Assembly (NCBI GenBank): GCA_008632985.1
Contig: QPGO01000203.1
Location: 62,001 to 126,000, forward strand
DNA: 64,000 nucleotides
Direction: 5' to 3'
DNA from: Psammoneis japonica
Taxonomy: Eukaryota
Shown: positions 22,800 through 35,950 of the stretch, piece by piece
How the letters are laid out: every line of letters starts with the position of its first letter
How positions within the stretch are numbered: the stretch's first letter is position 1
Notes under the pieces: generated by a model
Databases searched by the model: none
Seen by the model: only the letters and a program-made list of their open reading frames with translations
Told to the model about the DNA's origin: nothing
Translations under genes and position numbers: made by a program

Positions 22800-22927
22800 G
22801 TCTGACATCCGTCTGACATCCGTCTGACACCCGTCTGACATTTTTTTTTGTCAAACTACGCACAAATTACACGAAAAAAATTCGTTTTGAAACGCCCGTG
22901 AAACGCCCGTGAAACGCTCTTGAAACA
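22800..22927. repeat. Two short 11-bp tandem arrays (GTCTGACATCC x4; TGAAACGCCCG x3)
   Basis: Seen directly at 22800-22841 and 22888-22927. Confidence 0.85.
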
Positions 22928-23111
22928 TTTGTTTGAGAATTCTGATCGCTGAGGATTGTTTTTGCGTAGGATTTCTACGGAGAGCTACGACCTACTGTAT
23001 CTCCCCACGTTATTTTGTACCTGCACCCGCACGCGCTATTTCTCTCTGAAAAGTTCATTCATCGAACCAACGACAAGCACAGTTGAGGTTGCAAGCTAGC
23101 TTCTTCTTCTC

Positions 23112-25950
23112 ATGGAACCAGACGAAGAGGCTGAAAGGAAAGCCAGGGACAGAGCGTACCAAAAAAAGTCTCGGGGAAAGAAGAAGGAAGCGGCAGCAGC
23201 GAAGCGGAGCAAGCAAGACGCAACCAACGAACGAGTTCGGAAGCACCGACTAGCCAAAAAGGAAGCCGAAGCCGCAGCAATGAACCAACAACACCAAACG
23301 CCTCGCCGTGCTTCGACGAGTCATCCGAGGTCGGCGCATACGACGCACGCGAGACCTCCGTTGGCAAACAGAACGCCACAATCTCTCAACCGCCGCGAAG
23401 CAACGCCTCTCCCGTCGACTGTCGGAGTGCAAACTCCGGCGGGCGGTTACCCACAATCACTCAGTAGAAACCAACAGTTTCGATTGGCGTTGTATGACAG
23501 AGCGATTGCCAGGCAGAACCAGTACGAACAGACCGTGAAGGAGACCGTGAGGGAGACCGTGGCGGGGAGCCTTACAGAAGCAGGTAGCATGAGTCGTGAA
23601 ATCGTTGCTCACCTCTTGCAACAAAGCGGCATTACCGAACCGTAAGTGGTCTCGCATTCTACACATTCTTCTCGCTCTTTGCTAATTCCTTTTTACCTCG
23701 AGAGTGTCGCACTGATCAATGTCTTTGTCTTTCTCTTATATTATTTATATAGCAATGACGCGGAATCGTCCCCTAGCCGCACCTTATTTCACAACTTTGG
23801 CGACGAGCGCAATTACGATCAAGCGGGGGAGATACAAAACAGTGGTTTTGATCAGTGAGTCTTCTTGACATTATATATGCTACAAATTCTGTTTACTTTC
23901 AGCGAATTTCTCACCCGACGATTTTTATTTTTTGCTGTTTCTAGACATCCGACGTCGGATTCCCACAACGTAAGGGACAGTCTTATGCAAGAGTAAGTTG
24001 TCTAGCATTCTAAAGATTCTGCGTTACCTCGTGCGTCTTACTCAATGAAGCTCTTTGATTTTCTACTATTTCTAGATATCCTACGAGTACGTCGGATGCC
24101 CTCTACGACGGAGACAATGGAAGCAACAAGCCGGCGGCTACAACCCGTTCTGCCTCTCGAGGAGCACATTCGAGACGTATTGAACAGTAAGTTGTCTAGC
24201 ATTTTACAGATTATGTGTTGCCTCATGCGTCTTACTCACTGGAGCTCTTTCGTTTTTACCATTTATAGACATCCGAAGTCGGATGCCGTCCATGACGGAG
24301 ACAGCAGTTACTATGACAAGCCGGCGGCTACAGCCCCTTCTGCGTCTGGAGGAGCAGGTTCGAGACGTATCGATCAGTAAGTTTTCTCTAGTGTTTCAAA
24401 GATTCTGTGTTGCCTCATGCGTTTCACTCACTGGAGCTTTTTACCATTTCTAGATATCCGACGTCGAATGCCCTCCTTCTCAAGGAACTGCATCAGATGC
24501 GCATCAACGGTGTCAGCGACGAGGATTGGAATTATGCTCAAGACATGGATTCTGAATACCCAGGAGCAATCGTTGTACGCAATATTGCCGAACAAGTCCC
24601 CTCTCTCATCGAAGCTAGCTTGAAGGCATCAACGGACGGTCAAGATCTAGTCGGAATCGGCACCAAGGTCATCCTCGCGAGCGATTACAAGTCGGCAGCC
24701 TTCTTCGTCGACAATCCATTCGACAGAAAGAGTGATTCCAGCGCCGCAGAGTCATGTGATGTCGAGTCCGTCGGTTCCGATGATTGCGACACCGGAGAAG
24801 ACATGGAACTGTATGGGGCACGGGGCCTGGGATTGACCAAGTCGCAAGACATTCATGTCACGTTTGGAACAGGCAAAGCAATTCTCCAAGTTGTCAGCAT
24901 CGAAGGAACTGATGCTATGAAAGACATGCTATCCGCTGCATTGGTGGGCCTTGCGCACGTCTCTGGAGCATCCGAGCTAACTATCACAACGAAGAAGAAC
25001 AAGCCGCTTCCTACTGTCACGTCAGAGGCAATGCGCACCTATGGGAAACGATGTGCTGAGTCCCACGGTTTTGCTAACCTTGTCTTCGCGAAGATGCTCA
25101 TAATTGAAGATGCAATTTTGAGCCCCTTGATGTGCTCGAGGTGCAACCTCATTTTTGAAGAATGCACATACTCGGATGAAGGTGAATGCTTCGCCAACGA
25201 CCCTGCATTTATCCGAAATGGCACTGGTGATCCCAGTAAGGAGGATACAGGTAGTGGACATCGCATTGCGGTTCACTTCATTGGTTCATGCCCTAATCTC
25301 AAATTTCTCATGCAAGGGATGCAGCACGCTCACTTCAAAAGCTTGACTTTGGAAGGATTCAAGGTGGGTGACAGCGACGACTTGAAGTGCCTTTTGCAGA
25401 TTTGTCGCACTGCCACAGAGCAGGGTTTTCAAATCTTGACGGACGGTGTCACCCCAGAGTCTGACTTCGTGGTGCTCAAGGGTCTCTACATGCCGTTCCG
25501 CTCAATGATTCGCAAAAACCAAATGATTTATGAATACGCCACTGGCCAAATCACGGAGGACCAGTTCTACGATGGTATTTCGAAGGCAAAGGCAGCAACG
25601 ATTGGTAAGGACGAAATGGTTCCGTCTGACGTAGTTGGCATTTGATGCGTGCTACGTGTGGACTGTCATTCACTAAACATCCTGCCTTTCTTGATGATTC
25701 CACAGAAGCCACCGCCGCTGCAAAGCCTAAGAAGCCCGAGGCCTTGGCCAACAAGACAGAAACGCTCCCCCGGGCTTCGTTGTGCGCACCCACCGCGGCC
25801 TCAGGCCATGGCAACAACGACTTGGAGCTAATCGATGCAGCGCCTCCCGTTCCGACTGGACGTTGTCACGGCAAAACGAAAACAGGATGCTCATGCAAAA
25901 GGTCGGCGAGAGACGGCGAGATGTTCTGCTATCTTCACCGGGACGAGTAG
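23112..25950 (+). CDS. Seven-exon unknown protein: basic N-terminus, duplicated mini-exons, degenerate RNI-like domain, C-terminal Cys/His finger
   Basis: Introns 23642-23752, 23855-23944, 23993-24075, 24187-24268, 24377-24453 and 25605-25705 are all GT-AG and keep the frame. The protein ends RCHGKTKTGCSCKRSARDGEMFCYLH. Confidence 0.75.
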
Positions 25951-26107
25951 GTCTATCAAACCATAGAATGAAATGACGAGAAATGCCAAGTGGCTTTGAA
26001 CACGATGTTTGAGATACAAGCACTATTCACGGTAGCATGAGTAACTAGTTGTAGAGAAGTCACATCCAACCAAGCAAACACTAGGCCCTGTAGGGCCTTA
26101 TGAATGC

Positions 26108-26500
26108 GGTCCTCTTCTTCCCCTCCACTCTACTTACAGTAGAGAGAATTTTACAGCAGCTCTAGAACCCTACTGTAGACCCTACTCCTGGACACACACA
26201 CGCTTCGCGGACATCATTGGCAGATACAACACTAACTGCAGCTGAAATAAGGCTAAAGAACATGTACACGGCCACGGTTATGTCCAGATTCTTGAATAAT
26301 GTCTGGAGTCCTGCTGCGTAGGTCCAGAAGACAGTGCTGCCGGGAAAAGAAAGGCACGTCGGGTCGCAGAACTGGACCCCGGTTCTGGATAGAGAGCGCA
26401 TTGCCTGACTCTAAGGGTCCTCTTCTTCCCCTCCTGCCCCTAGACAAACACACACATTTCGCGGGCATCTTTAGCAACTACAATACTGCTCTACTCTAGA
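26108..26500. repeat. Dispersed non-coding repeat starting GGTCCTCTTCTTCCC (one full and one partial copy)
   Basis: Matches 46466-46730. The head motif also occurs at 26416 and 28357. Confidence 0.85.
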
Positions 26501-26671
26501 GAGAGCTGAGTCACGGAGAAACGAGAAGAAGAATAGTCTTCGGTCTCAAGTCATCCAATGGCGTCACACGTGACAACCCAAACACTCGCGGGTTCTGGTT
26601 ACCGACGCGAGTTTTTGCTCCTCCGAAACGTCAAAGAAAATAACTTTGAAAAAGAATAATGATTCCACGTT

Positions 26672-27999
26672 CTATTGACCGTGCTTGCCCTTGACAGTCT
26701 TTTTTGCGACACGGATCAACTCCTCCGCAACCTGCGCTCGAATACCACCATCAATCAACATTGCGCAGAGCAACTTCGAGGCGGCTGCAAACGATTCAAG
26801 GGTCATGTCCAAAACGGCCATATCCTCCAACGACTGGATTTCTGTATCCGTAAGAGAGCAGAATAGTTTTTGGCTCCGTATTAAATCTCGAACGACAAAG
26901 ATATCACTATTTGATGCTTCAGCCACGGATGGTGGTACGGATGGCGGCGTTTCGTCCCCACTGCTAACCTTACTTGTTGTCATGTTGGGCGTGGCCTGTA
27001 AGTCTCCATTCTCACTCAAAGCAGGGCCGTCCACTGGAAACATTACATCGGTTCGCAAGATGTACTTTGTCCCAAACTTGAGAGGTATGCTTGCGTGGTA
27101 CAAATCGTGTTCAAAGACAACCACCCGACCAGTTTGAGGCATAACCATTGTGCAGCAACGAGAGTGATTGTTCCTTGATTCACACTTGCCACCAACACAT
27201 GCTGATGACGATGTAGTACTGGACACGTGATGGTTCAAGTATTGGGTTTCGCCACCATCAAAATCGACTCCGTTTCCATCATTCAGGTAAAGCAACACGG
27301 TCAAGAGGGACTGCGTCTTGTTGGGTAGGAATGTAGTTGCATCAAAATGTGGCTCAAATCGATCGTCCTTGTCCGCATCATACTTGAGTACACGCAACTT
27401 TGGATTCAAACCACAAGGCTTCTTTCCAAATCGTTTCGTCAGAACAGCATCCAGATGCTCTAGATTCTTGAGTTTCTGCCACAGCAAATTGAGCATGGAT
27501 GGGTTATAAAAGACTGCCAATTGATGGGGATTCGGATTCTGAATCTTTACAATATACTTTGACCCATCCATGGCTGTATGAGTAGCCTCCGTCACGTACT
27601 GAAAACCGGTTTGCGATGCCAACTTTATTAGTTCTCTGCACGTTTCCGCTGAAACAAAACTACTCACAGAAAAAGCAACAGAATCACTAGGGTTCTTCAA
27701 ATATCTCGAACATCTTGCTGGAAGTCGTATACTGTCCCAACCATGTACTGTTCTTCTTCTTCTTCGTTTTCTTCTTCGTTTTGATCTTGAGTAGAAGTCA
27801 GCGGACACGTTAAATTCAGCAGCTTCATCAAGGCGTCATGGGTGTTCACCGACGTAGTGGTACTGCTGATTGTACTTGACGATTCCTCGCCAGTCAACGA
27901 TGAGCTATCCTTTAAATTCTCTCTATCTCCATCGACCACTCTTATATTTTCAACCACAACGCAATCTCTTCTTGCGCTTTCGAGATGTTTCTCCACCAT
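26672..27999 (-). CDS. 2OG-Fe(II) oxygenase (P4H-like) copy 2; catalytic domain intact, frameshift near 27750
   Basis: HFD...H...R motif (FEPHFDA; FEHDLYHAS; KYILRTDVMF). The N-terminus MVEKHLES (27999) is out of frame here but contiguous in copy 3. Confidence 0.8.
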
Positions 28000-30070
28000 G
28001 GTTGATCTCCAGAATAAATTGTGTGAAAAAATGAGTGGAAGCTGGGGGACGTCTTCGGAAGTGAGACTGTCGAAGAAAGTTACGTAGAATTTGTACTAAA
28101 ACAGTCTGTCAATCAGTGCGATTGGGTATTTGGGACCTCTGGACAGATCCTACGTGTTTTCTTGTGCGTACAAATTGTACTGGGAAAACCCCCAAACGCA
28201 CTGGCGATCAGACCGCCTTCGACGCTCTCACTTCCAAAGACGCCCCCCAAAGCGCAGAAAGAGCGAGCGAATGAAAGGGTGGACGGACCGTGAAGCACGC
28301 GAACCTATGAATGGTACGCATTGCAATGGCACCCCTGCGATTGCGAGTGCGAACGTGGTCCTCTTCTTCCCGTCCACTCTAGCTCTGGCAGCCAGCAGTA
28401 GAGACTTTTCAGAAGTTCTGCTGGCTTCAGCACATTCATTCACGAATCTGATTCACGATGATTCACAGGGATGTGAAGAGGAATCACCACACAATTTGCA
28501 TCTTTGGAGCATCTTGTTCTTGTCCCCTGCTGCACCTGTCCTCCTCTCTGTGCTGCTGTGTTGTGCAACCTCAAGAGAGGTGCCAGCACCCTTCGTCTTC
28601 CATGTGAATCCTTGTGTCCCAAGTGGCTGCGAGACACTGGCCAGCAATGCACATGCCAGCAATCTCACAGCATGGCTTTTGCTGCCGCCAACCATCTCAG
28701 TGACATCCCACCCAACAGCAATCTTCTGCATTGCAGTCCTTCATTCCTCAGCAATTGGCATCTGTGCATTCTTGTGCTTGTGGGCTGTCTTCTGTGCATT
28801 TTGTGAGCCCCACGGAGAAGCATGTCTGCTGCTGGTGATCTCGCCACACTTGAAAGTTGATCTGGAAACCCTTGAGAAGTTTGCCAAAGCCTTTGCAGCT
28901 GCAGGCTCACTTCTGACACTCCTCCAAGTCTTTCAACACCCAACTGCAGTGGAAACCACATGTCCCATGGTGCTCATTCATGCAGTTCTTGATCAACTGA
29001 CCAGCACAACAGACCATCATCTCAGCACACTCATGGTGCTCATCCGCGCAGTTCTTGATCAACTGACCAGCACAAAATGACCATCATCTCAGCACACACA
29101 TGCCTCCTGCTGCTGCTTGATTTCAGCATCATCATCCAAGTGCTTTCAATTTAAGTTGGAGCAACCCCTTTTGTGACAAACTTGCACACCACTGGCTGCC
29201 TTGAAGCTGAGCAAACAGACTGAGCTGTCCAACAACCCAGGAAGTGCCAAACTGAACAAAGGTCATTTTGTCATGACTGTCCAAGACCTCGTCAAGTCTG
29301 GCAAGAAACCTTTTGTCATCTCAAGGACATTGATCGCAAAGCAGCACATTTGTCCAACTGTCTTTGTGCCTTTGCAGATTGTGACCTCCTTGACTGTCTT
29401 TGGAGTGCTGCACCTCCATTTGGTGCAGAAATGTGGTTTGTTGTTGTCATGTGCAGTGCAAAGAGGAGTTGCTTCACAACTTGCATCTCTTCAGAGCATC
29501 ATTGATCCTTGTGTCCCAAGCAGCCTCCAGCTTCAAGCTTGCTCATCCTTGCCAAAGCATTGCCAAATGCTCACAAAGCTTGCACAGCTGGACCATGTGT
29601 TTGCAAAAATGAGACAACCACCATGATCACCCACCCTCCCATTCTTGTGAGTGCCACGACAAGACAGCCCATCACAACAAGAGCCTTGTGGGCAATCAAA
29701 GATTGGGGCATGCTTGGTGGCATGGTCGCCCAATGCAATGATGCTTTGTGCTCTGACCTGTGATCACAATGATGTGCTCTCTCTCAAATGAACAAACAGA
29801 ATTGGCACAGCCAATTCTCTGTCAGATGTGACAAACAAAAAACAAGAGTGGCCAAGGTGGAGCTGCTGGTTCGGACATTTGTCCAATGTTCAACAAATGG
29901 CAGAAACAACAACATTGGCACCAAAGTCAGGAGCAGGACTTTCGTGGTGGCTTCATCAGCAGCCAGCTGCTGTTGTTGACATGGTTGAGGTTGTTGCATT
30001 AAAAAGATCCAAGTGGTGGAGGAGGACAGGCAAGTGGGCTTGATTGATTGTTTTTTTTTCATGTCAGCTC

Positions 30071-30072
<2 letters not shown>

Positions 30073-30106
<34 letters not shown>

Positions 30107-30126
30107 NGGGGGGGGGGGGGGGGGGG
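30073..30126. repeat. (CT)n microsatellite, an N and a poly-G run (probable assembly join)
   Basis: Seen directly, with N at 30107. A second (AG)n lies at about 36092-36113. Confidence 0.9.
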
Positions 30127-31959
30127 TGAGATGTGAAGATTGCAGCAAGACAAGAGGTTGCCAAGTTGCGTGATCGATGGCACACACCCTCCATTTGTTG
30201 CTCTGTGTTTGTCAGAACTTTGCATCCCACTCCCTCTTGAGGATGTGTGCTTTGGGTCCAGCATGGGCTGAGGATTCCATCAAAGGTCAAGCAGGTGGCA
30301 GAAACAAGCACACCACATGCTGTTGACACCATGGCAGCAGGAAGACTCTGAGAGTCATGTCCAAACAATTGTTCTCATTGGTTTTTGGAGGCAGAGAGGG
30401 ACAAGGGGAGCCAGCAAGCACAGTTGGGGCATGTGGCTGTGAGGACATCATTTTGCAGATTGCAGAGAATGGTGAAAAGCTGTCTGTGCCAGCAATTCAA
30501 AGACAGAGGGTGCGCTCATTGTCCCCAGCAGTTGCCACATGCTGCTGTGAGTTGTGCCAATGGCACACACAAACACACAACTGGTTTTGACAAACAACCA
30601 AAACATCATGAAAAAAAGAGAAAGAACATGACAGTGGGTCAGCAAAGTGGTGGCAAGAAAGGCACAAGTCAAACTTGCAGCTGGGGGGCAGAGAGCAGCT
30701 GTTGCAACTTGCAGGCTGACAAAGCAGCATGTTTCTTCAACAACATTTTTTCACTGCCCTCCCCTTTCTCCTGACTCCTGTTGTTGGGATTTCATGGCTT
30801 GATGGCTGCTGATCTGCGCTGGTCTTGCCAATCCCTGAGCTCACTGCATGGTGGATTGCAAACTCTGCTCCATGCCAGTTGTCATGTTGCCCTGGTGCAG
30901 AAGCCAAAAAGTGAGCATGAGACCCACCTTCTTTATGATGAGCTTCCCCAAGATTGCTTTGTCAATCTCTGACATGGTTGCACCACCCAATGGATGTTCA
31001 GGCTCCTCCACAACATTTTCTGAGATGCCAGTGCCTGCATCTCTAGCCTGAACTTAGAACACTCTTCTGACAGTGTTGGGTGTCAGATCGTCACACAACA
31101 GGTGCGGAGTTGTAGAGCACAACGTCTCACACACCATGGTGGTGCATCATTTTTTGTGTCAGCATCAGTTGTTCACAGTTCGTTCACGGTGTGTGCAAGC
31201 AAATCTACAATGGTCTGGCCACCTCTGCACGCAACATTTTCATCTGTGTGACACAGAACAGTGAGGAAAGCTTGTGTGACAGATGATGTTGAGTTTGGGC
31301 AATGCAATTTTCTCATGTTCATCACCTGCAAAAGGAAAAGGGGGGAAGGAGGGGATTCAACCATTTGAGCACACAAAAATTGACCATGTGGTCAGGGCCA
31401 GAGTTTTGTTGGCTTCTTCCATGTCATCTGGGGTGGGATTGCTGCAGGCTCAAAAGGTGTGGGTGCACATTGCAACTTTTTAGGGTGGCCCACCCTGAGG
31501 GTGTGCCACCAAGCTGAGCACCCCAGCTTGGTTTTTGCCCAAACCCCAGGCCAGCTGCCAGCCCCAGGAGGTGCTCTTCTCCCAGTGTGGTTTGGCTGTT
31601 CTCAAGCTGCACCACATTGATTCAAAGCCTGCTGCTGCACATGGGAAGGGCCAGAGGGAGAAGAAAAACATGCAAGTTTTGGCTGCTTGCTTTGGACCTT
31701 GTGTTGGTCATGAGCAAGCTGCATGACAAGACAGACACATGTCACACTGTTTGTCTTGCAGCTCCAGGAGCCTGCATCATTCTCAAGTTTGATGTGTCTC
31801 ATCTGGCAGCTTGGCAGCTTGGCAGACTTTCTTTGTTGCAGCCTGGCAAGTCATGGGGTGGGTGGCGCTGTTGTCAAGAGCCACTCCTCTGCAGGAGAGG
31901 GACAGGCACAGAAAAGTTTTGCAGGAGCTCTTCTGCCAATCAATGGCCAGTCAGGGCAG

Positions 31960-33120
31960 ACCAGACTGTGGAGATTTTCTTTTGATGAAAGCCAAGCAGC
32001 CACAGCAAGAGAACAATCATCAATGGCCGCAGCAGCCTGGGCAGTGGGATTTTCCTTTGATGATGGAAAAGCCAAGCAGCCACAGCAAGAGAAGATGCTT
32101 TTGTGATGGAGCATCAAATGGACAAAGCCTGGGTGTGCAAAGAGTTGTTTGCCCCAGCTCCAGCAAGCCATGTGCTCCAAAGGTGACACTGCACACATGT
32201 TTGTGCACCAACATGCCTCTTGTTTCAGGCCCTGTGTGTTGATGAGCAAGCTTCTGAGAGAAGAGTGAGAGGTGCAGCTGCATCACTGTGTGATGCTGGA
32301 GAGACTCATTGCAGCTGATGCATCTCAGGTTTCATGCTCAGCATGATGCTCAGTGACTCTTCTTGGGCCCAACCTCACTCAGAGCTTCTTTGTGTCAACA
32401 ACAAATTTTTCCACAGCACTGACAAAACAGCTTGAGGAAGCCTGCATGGAACAGGAGCTCTGACCAGCAGCTCTGGCTTTGACTTGAGGGTGGGATCTTC
32501 ACAGCTGTGGCATCTGTCAAGCTGGCTCTCTCAATTGTGAGGGGCTGTGGTCATGTGTGGGGTTGGGCAGTGCAGCCAGTTTGCTTGCACTCCTCATTGA
32601 TCATGGCACAAAGCACTGTGTCACATCTGCAAAGATGAGGGTGACTCTTGTGGGTGCTGGGCTGGTGTTCTGAAGGTCTGGGTGCACCCCCTGGGACACT
32701 GAGGAAGGGCTCAGCATTGTGCTGGCAGCAGCAGCTTGGCATGCAGTCTTGGCTGCAGCTTGGTGTGTGGGCAGCACTGTTGCTGCCAGGAGCTGGTCTG
32801 TGGGAGGAGGGGGGGAAGCAGGCAGAAAACTTTTTCTGGAGCCATTTTGTCAGTGGTGAGGATGGCCTGGACACTGAGGATTTTTGATGGAAGCCAAGCA
32901 GCCACCACAAGAGAAGATGATTGTGATTGAGCATCTGATGGACAAACAAGCCCAGGCACAGAGAGCTGTCTGCACTTGGTTCCAGCAAGCAGAGTGCTCC
33001 AAAGGCAACACCTTGTGTGTGCACTTGTGTGCCAACAAGCTTCAAGCTGTGAGTCACAAAAAAGCCACCAACCTCCATGAGTGCAGCAAGTCTTTGGTGT
33101 GCTGTGTTTGCCTCTGTTGA
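31960..33120 (+). pseudogene. Decayed gene with duplicated CCCH-zinc-finger-like segment
   Basis: About 31970-32220 and 32875-33045 are similar. The second reads AVCTWFQQAECSKGNT, like C-x7-C-x5-C-x3-H. Confidence 0.4.
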
Positions 33121-33299
33121 GTGTGGATTGAAAGGAGGCTGCAAATTTGAGATGAGTTGACTCATCTTTGCAAAAAACAAGGTGTGCATCATCCGCTTTG
33201 ATGGGACGCCAATGCAAAAATCTTAAAACCAGCACTGTTGCAAGCACTGGACAGAAAGAGAAACCCAACCAAAGTCATTTCAAAATGAACATAAAAATG

Positions 33300-35950
33300 C
33301 TGCAGTTGACTGGCACTGAGCAAAATGCATTGATGATTTTGCCCTTGACATCCTGTTTTGCTTGTTTGACTTCACTTGTGCCCAAACTCTGCATGAGAGC
33401 AAAAATGTCACTCAAGGCTCATCACCACCCCACTTGGCTTCATTCACTTTCAAGTCAAAAACAGCAATGGGTTGTGAAGTTTGTCATCAACTGGCCACCA
33501 ACATGAAAATTTCTTTGTCTGTGTTTGTGACAAATCGGAGTGGTGGTCACTGCTGTCAAAAATGCCTCTCTGTGTGGTGAGTCACATTGCTTTGGCAATC
33601 CATTCTCAGATCCAGCTGGGTGGAGCAAGTCTGCCACACACTTCTTGTCCCACCCATCATTGATGAGAGCAGCCTTGGCTGCCTTCCCTCCATCAGCTTC
33701 TGTCACATGAAGCCCTCTGATGGCATTTGGTTCTGAAAACTGTGCAAGCTTTTCAAGGGAGTTTGCCATGGTTGAACAAAACTGCTCCAGTTGAGAAACA
33801 GGCAGAAGCCTCAATTTCATTCAAGATGCTGTGAATGGCTGTGTGCTGTGTTGCATTGGAACAGTGACACATGTTGAGGCCCTGCAATTGTTGGCGACAG
33901 TTTTGATTGTCAGCTGTGATCAAGAAAAAAAGCAACTATTCCATTGAGCAACATGCTCACCCCAAATCCCAAAGCAGAGTTGGGCAACATGGGCATGCTG
34001 TGTCTCACACTTGTCCACTGCCCATGCTTTAGAAAGTTCAAGTCAAAATTGCTTGTCATGCCCAAATCCACAGACAAATCCAAAAAGAGCCAGTGTGTCC
34101 ATCTTGCTGTGTTGTCCATTCCATGGGGGCAAAACATGCAAGCCCACCAGATTGATCTGTGGGTGCATTGGCATGTTTGAGGCAAGTGCAACATCTCACT
34201 GTTTGAGTTGTGATCCATGCACAGCTGAAAAGCAAAACATGTTCTGTCTCACATGTTTGGCATTTGCTGGAACTTCATTGTCTTGATGCAGTTGCTCATG
34301 TCAAACAGCAACACCTTTGTGCCCCATGATGCATCCAAAATTGACATGTCTTTTTTGACAATGAGTGCTCTGCAAGGCTCCACTTGATGAAATTGCATGC
34401 TGAAGCCATCAATCTTGAGCTCTGCACAGACTTGGGGGTCATCAGATTGATGATGCACAGCAGATCTGTCTCTGAATGTCACAAAAGGCACTTCTGTTTT
34501 TGATTTTCTTTGGTGGAGATGTGTCCTGTCCAAGTCCCATGCCAAGCTGCTTTCTCACAAAAAAGGGGCTGCCTGCTGGCAGCCTTTTCTTCACCAGTGC
34601 ATGGAGACAACACTGGCAGCTCCAAAGACATCAAAAGCAGCAGCAAGGAGCCTTTTCTCCTGTGCAATGCTCCCTCAATTGACATGCTTTCACAAGCCAG
34701 CTGCTTGTTCCTGCAGAGCCAACATCATGAAAACAACTCTGTTGCTCATCTGACAGGCTGAAAGGTGCTTGGATGTCATGTCAATGTCAACATGCCCTGC
34801 CATTGATCCAAGGCAAGTCAATGATGGGTCAAGCAGCTGACAAAACGAGGATTCTTTGATTGGCAAATGAGGCACATGGCATTGCATGATGGAGTGGAGA
34901 GCTTTTGCCCTGTGCTGTGGGTCCTGCATCCCTGGTTGTGGCAGCCCAACACATGATCCATTGCCCATTGGTCTGTGCATGTCGACATGGGGCAGAGGCA
35001 GCAGTGGTGTTTGGGCCAAAACACCAACACTCCACCACTCTTCAACATGCATGCAGCCAATGACTGGCCAACAAGGCATTGTCCTTCCAAGTGCACACTT
35101 GTCTGCCCCCTGGTCCACCTGCTCTTTGCTTGTTGCTTGGGTCAACATCACCATTGTCAGTGTGTTCTTGAGTGTTTTGACAGCCTTTTTTGTGGGGGTT
35201 TTTGTTGCCAGAACATTGTGGAAAAGAACAAACAAAACACCACTTTTTCCAAATGCAATGAGCACAGCTGCCATGAACTCTGCCACAATGCTGCTCCCAT
35301 GCCTGTCTGGACAAAAGAGAACAGCAAGCCTCACTTCTTTGGGCAGGTTTGATGATGACTCATTGGCCTTGGTTTCGTGCTGGCAATCAATGGGTTGGTG
35401 TGGCAACTCATGTTTTCACCAAATGGCTTGCAAGCTTGTGGATGATGAAGCTCTGCATCTTGCCATTGACCACATGCATTGTTCAGAGCTGCTGGTGATG
35501 TGGCCAGTCAGACATGAAACATCAGCTCATCAAATGTCCCTTCTTCCTGCCACCAGACAAGGACAGTCAGGAACCATCCATTGAGCTGACAGCATTGACA
35601 TTGAAAGAGGGGTCATTGATGACTCTCCTCTTGGCAAAGATTGTGCAGACATTGGTGGTGCACTGGTGCAACACAAGAAACAGCAGCCTCTCCAGAGACA
35701 ATGACCAAGCAAGAATGTGAGCAGCTGTGGAGAATCATCTGCTGGCTTCAGCCAGTGTGCCCCTGCAGAATTCTGCAGGCGAATGAGTTCAACATGTCAG
35801 CCGCACTCAGATCATGATGTCAACAAGGTGTCAAGAAATCTTTGCACACCCCTTGGATCTTTTAACCCAACAACTTCAACCACACACAAACAACAGCAGC
35901 CATCAGATGATGAAGCCACCAGGACAAAAATCTCATTCTCCTGACTTTGG
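33300..35950 (-). pseudogene. Hypermutated relic of a long unknown gene (VEEWW and GHVDIDMTS motifs)
   Basis: Chain of minus-strand ORF pieces (34690..35406, 34249..34545, 33910..34218, 33455..33820). The 5' part is paralogous to 37800-38070. Confidence 0.45.

Noticed and set aside
23945..24480. CRISPR-like repeat-spacer pattern
   Set aside because: The repeats are GT-AG introns, and the intervening parts are mutually similar in-frame exons.
30073..30126. G-quadruplex or telomere-like structure
   Set aside because: It is adjacent to an N and likely an assembly or sequencing artefact. It also means the two halves of the depleted block may not be truly contiguous.
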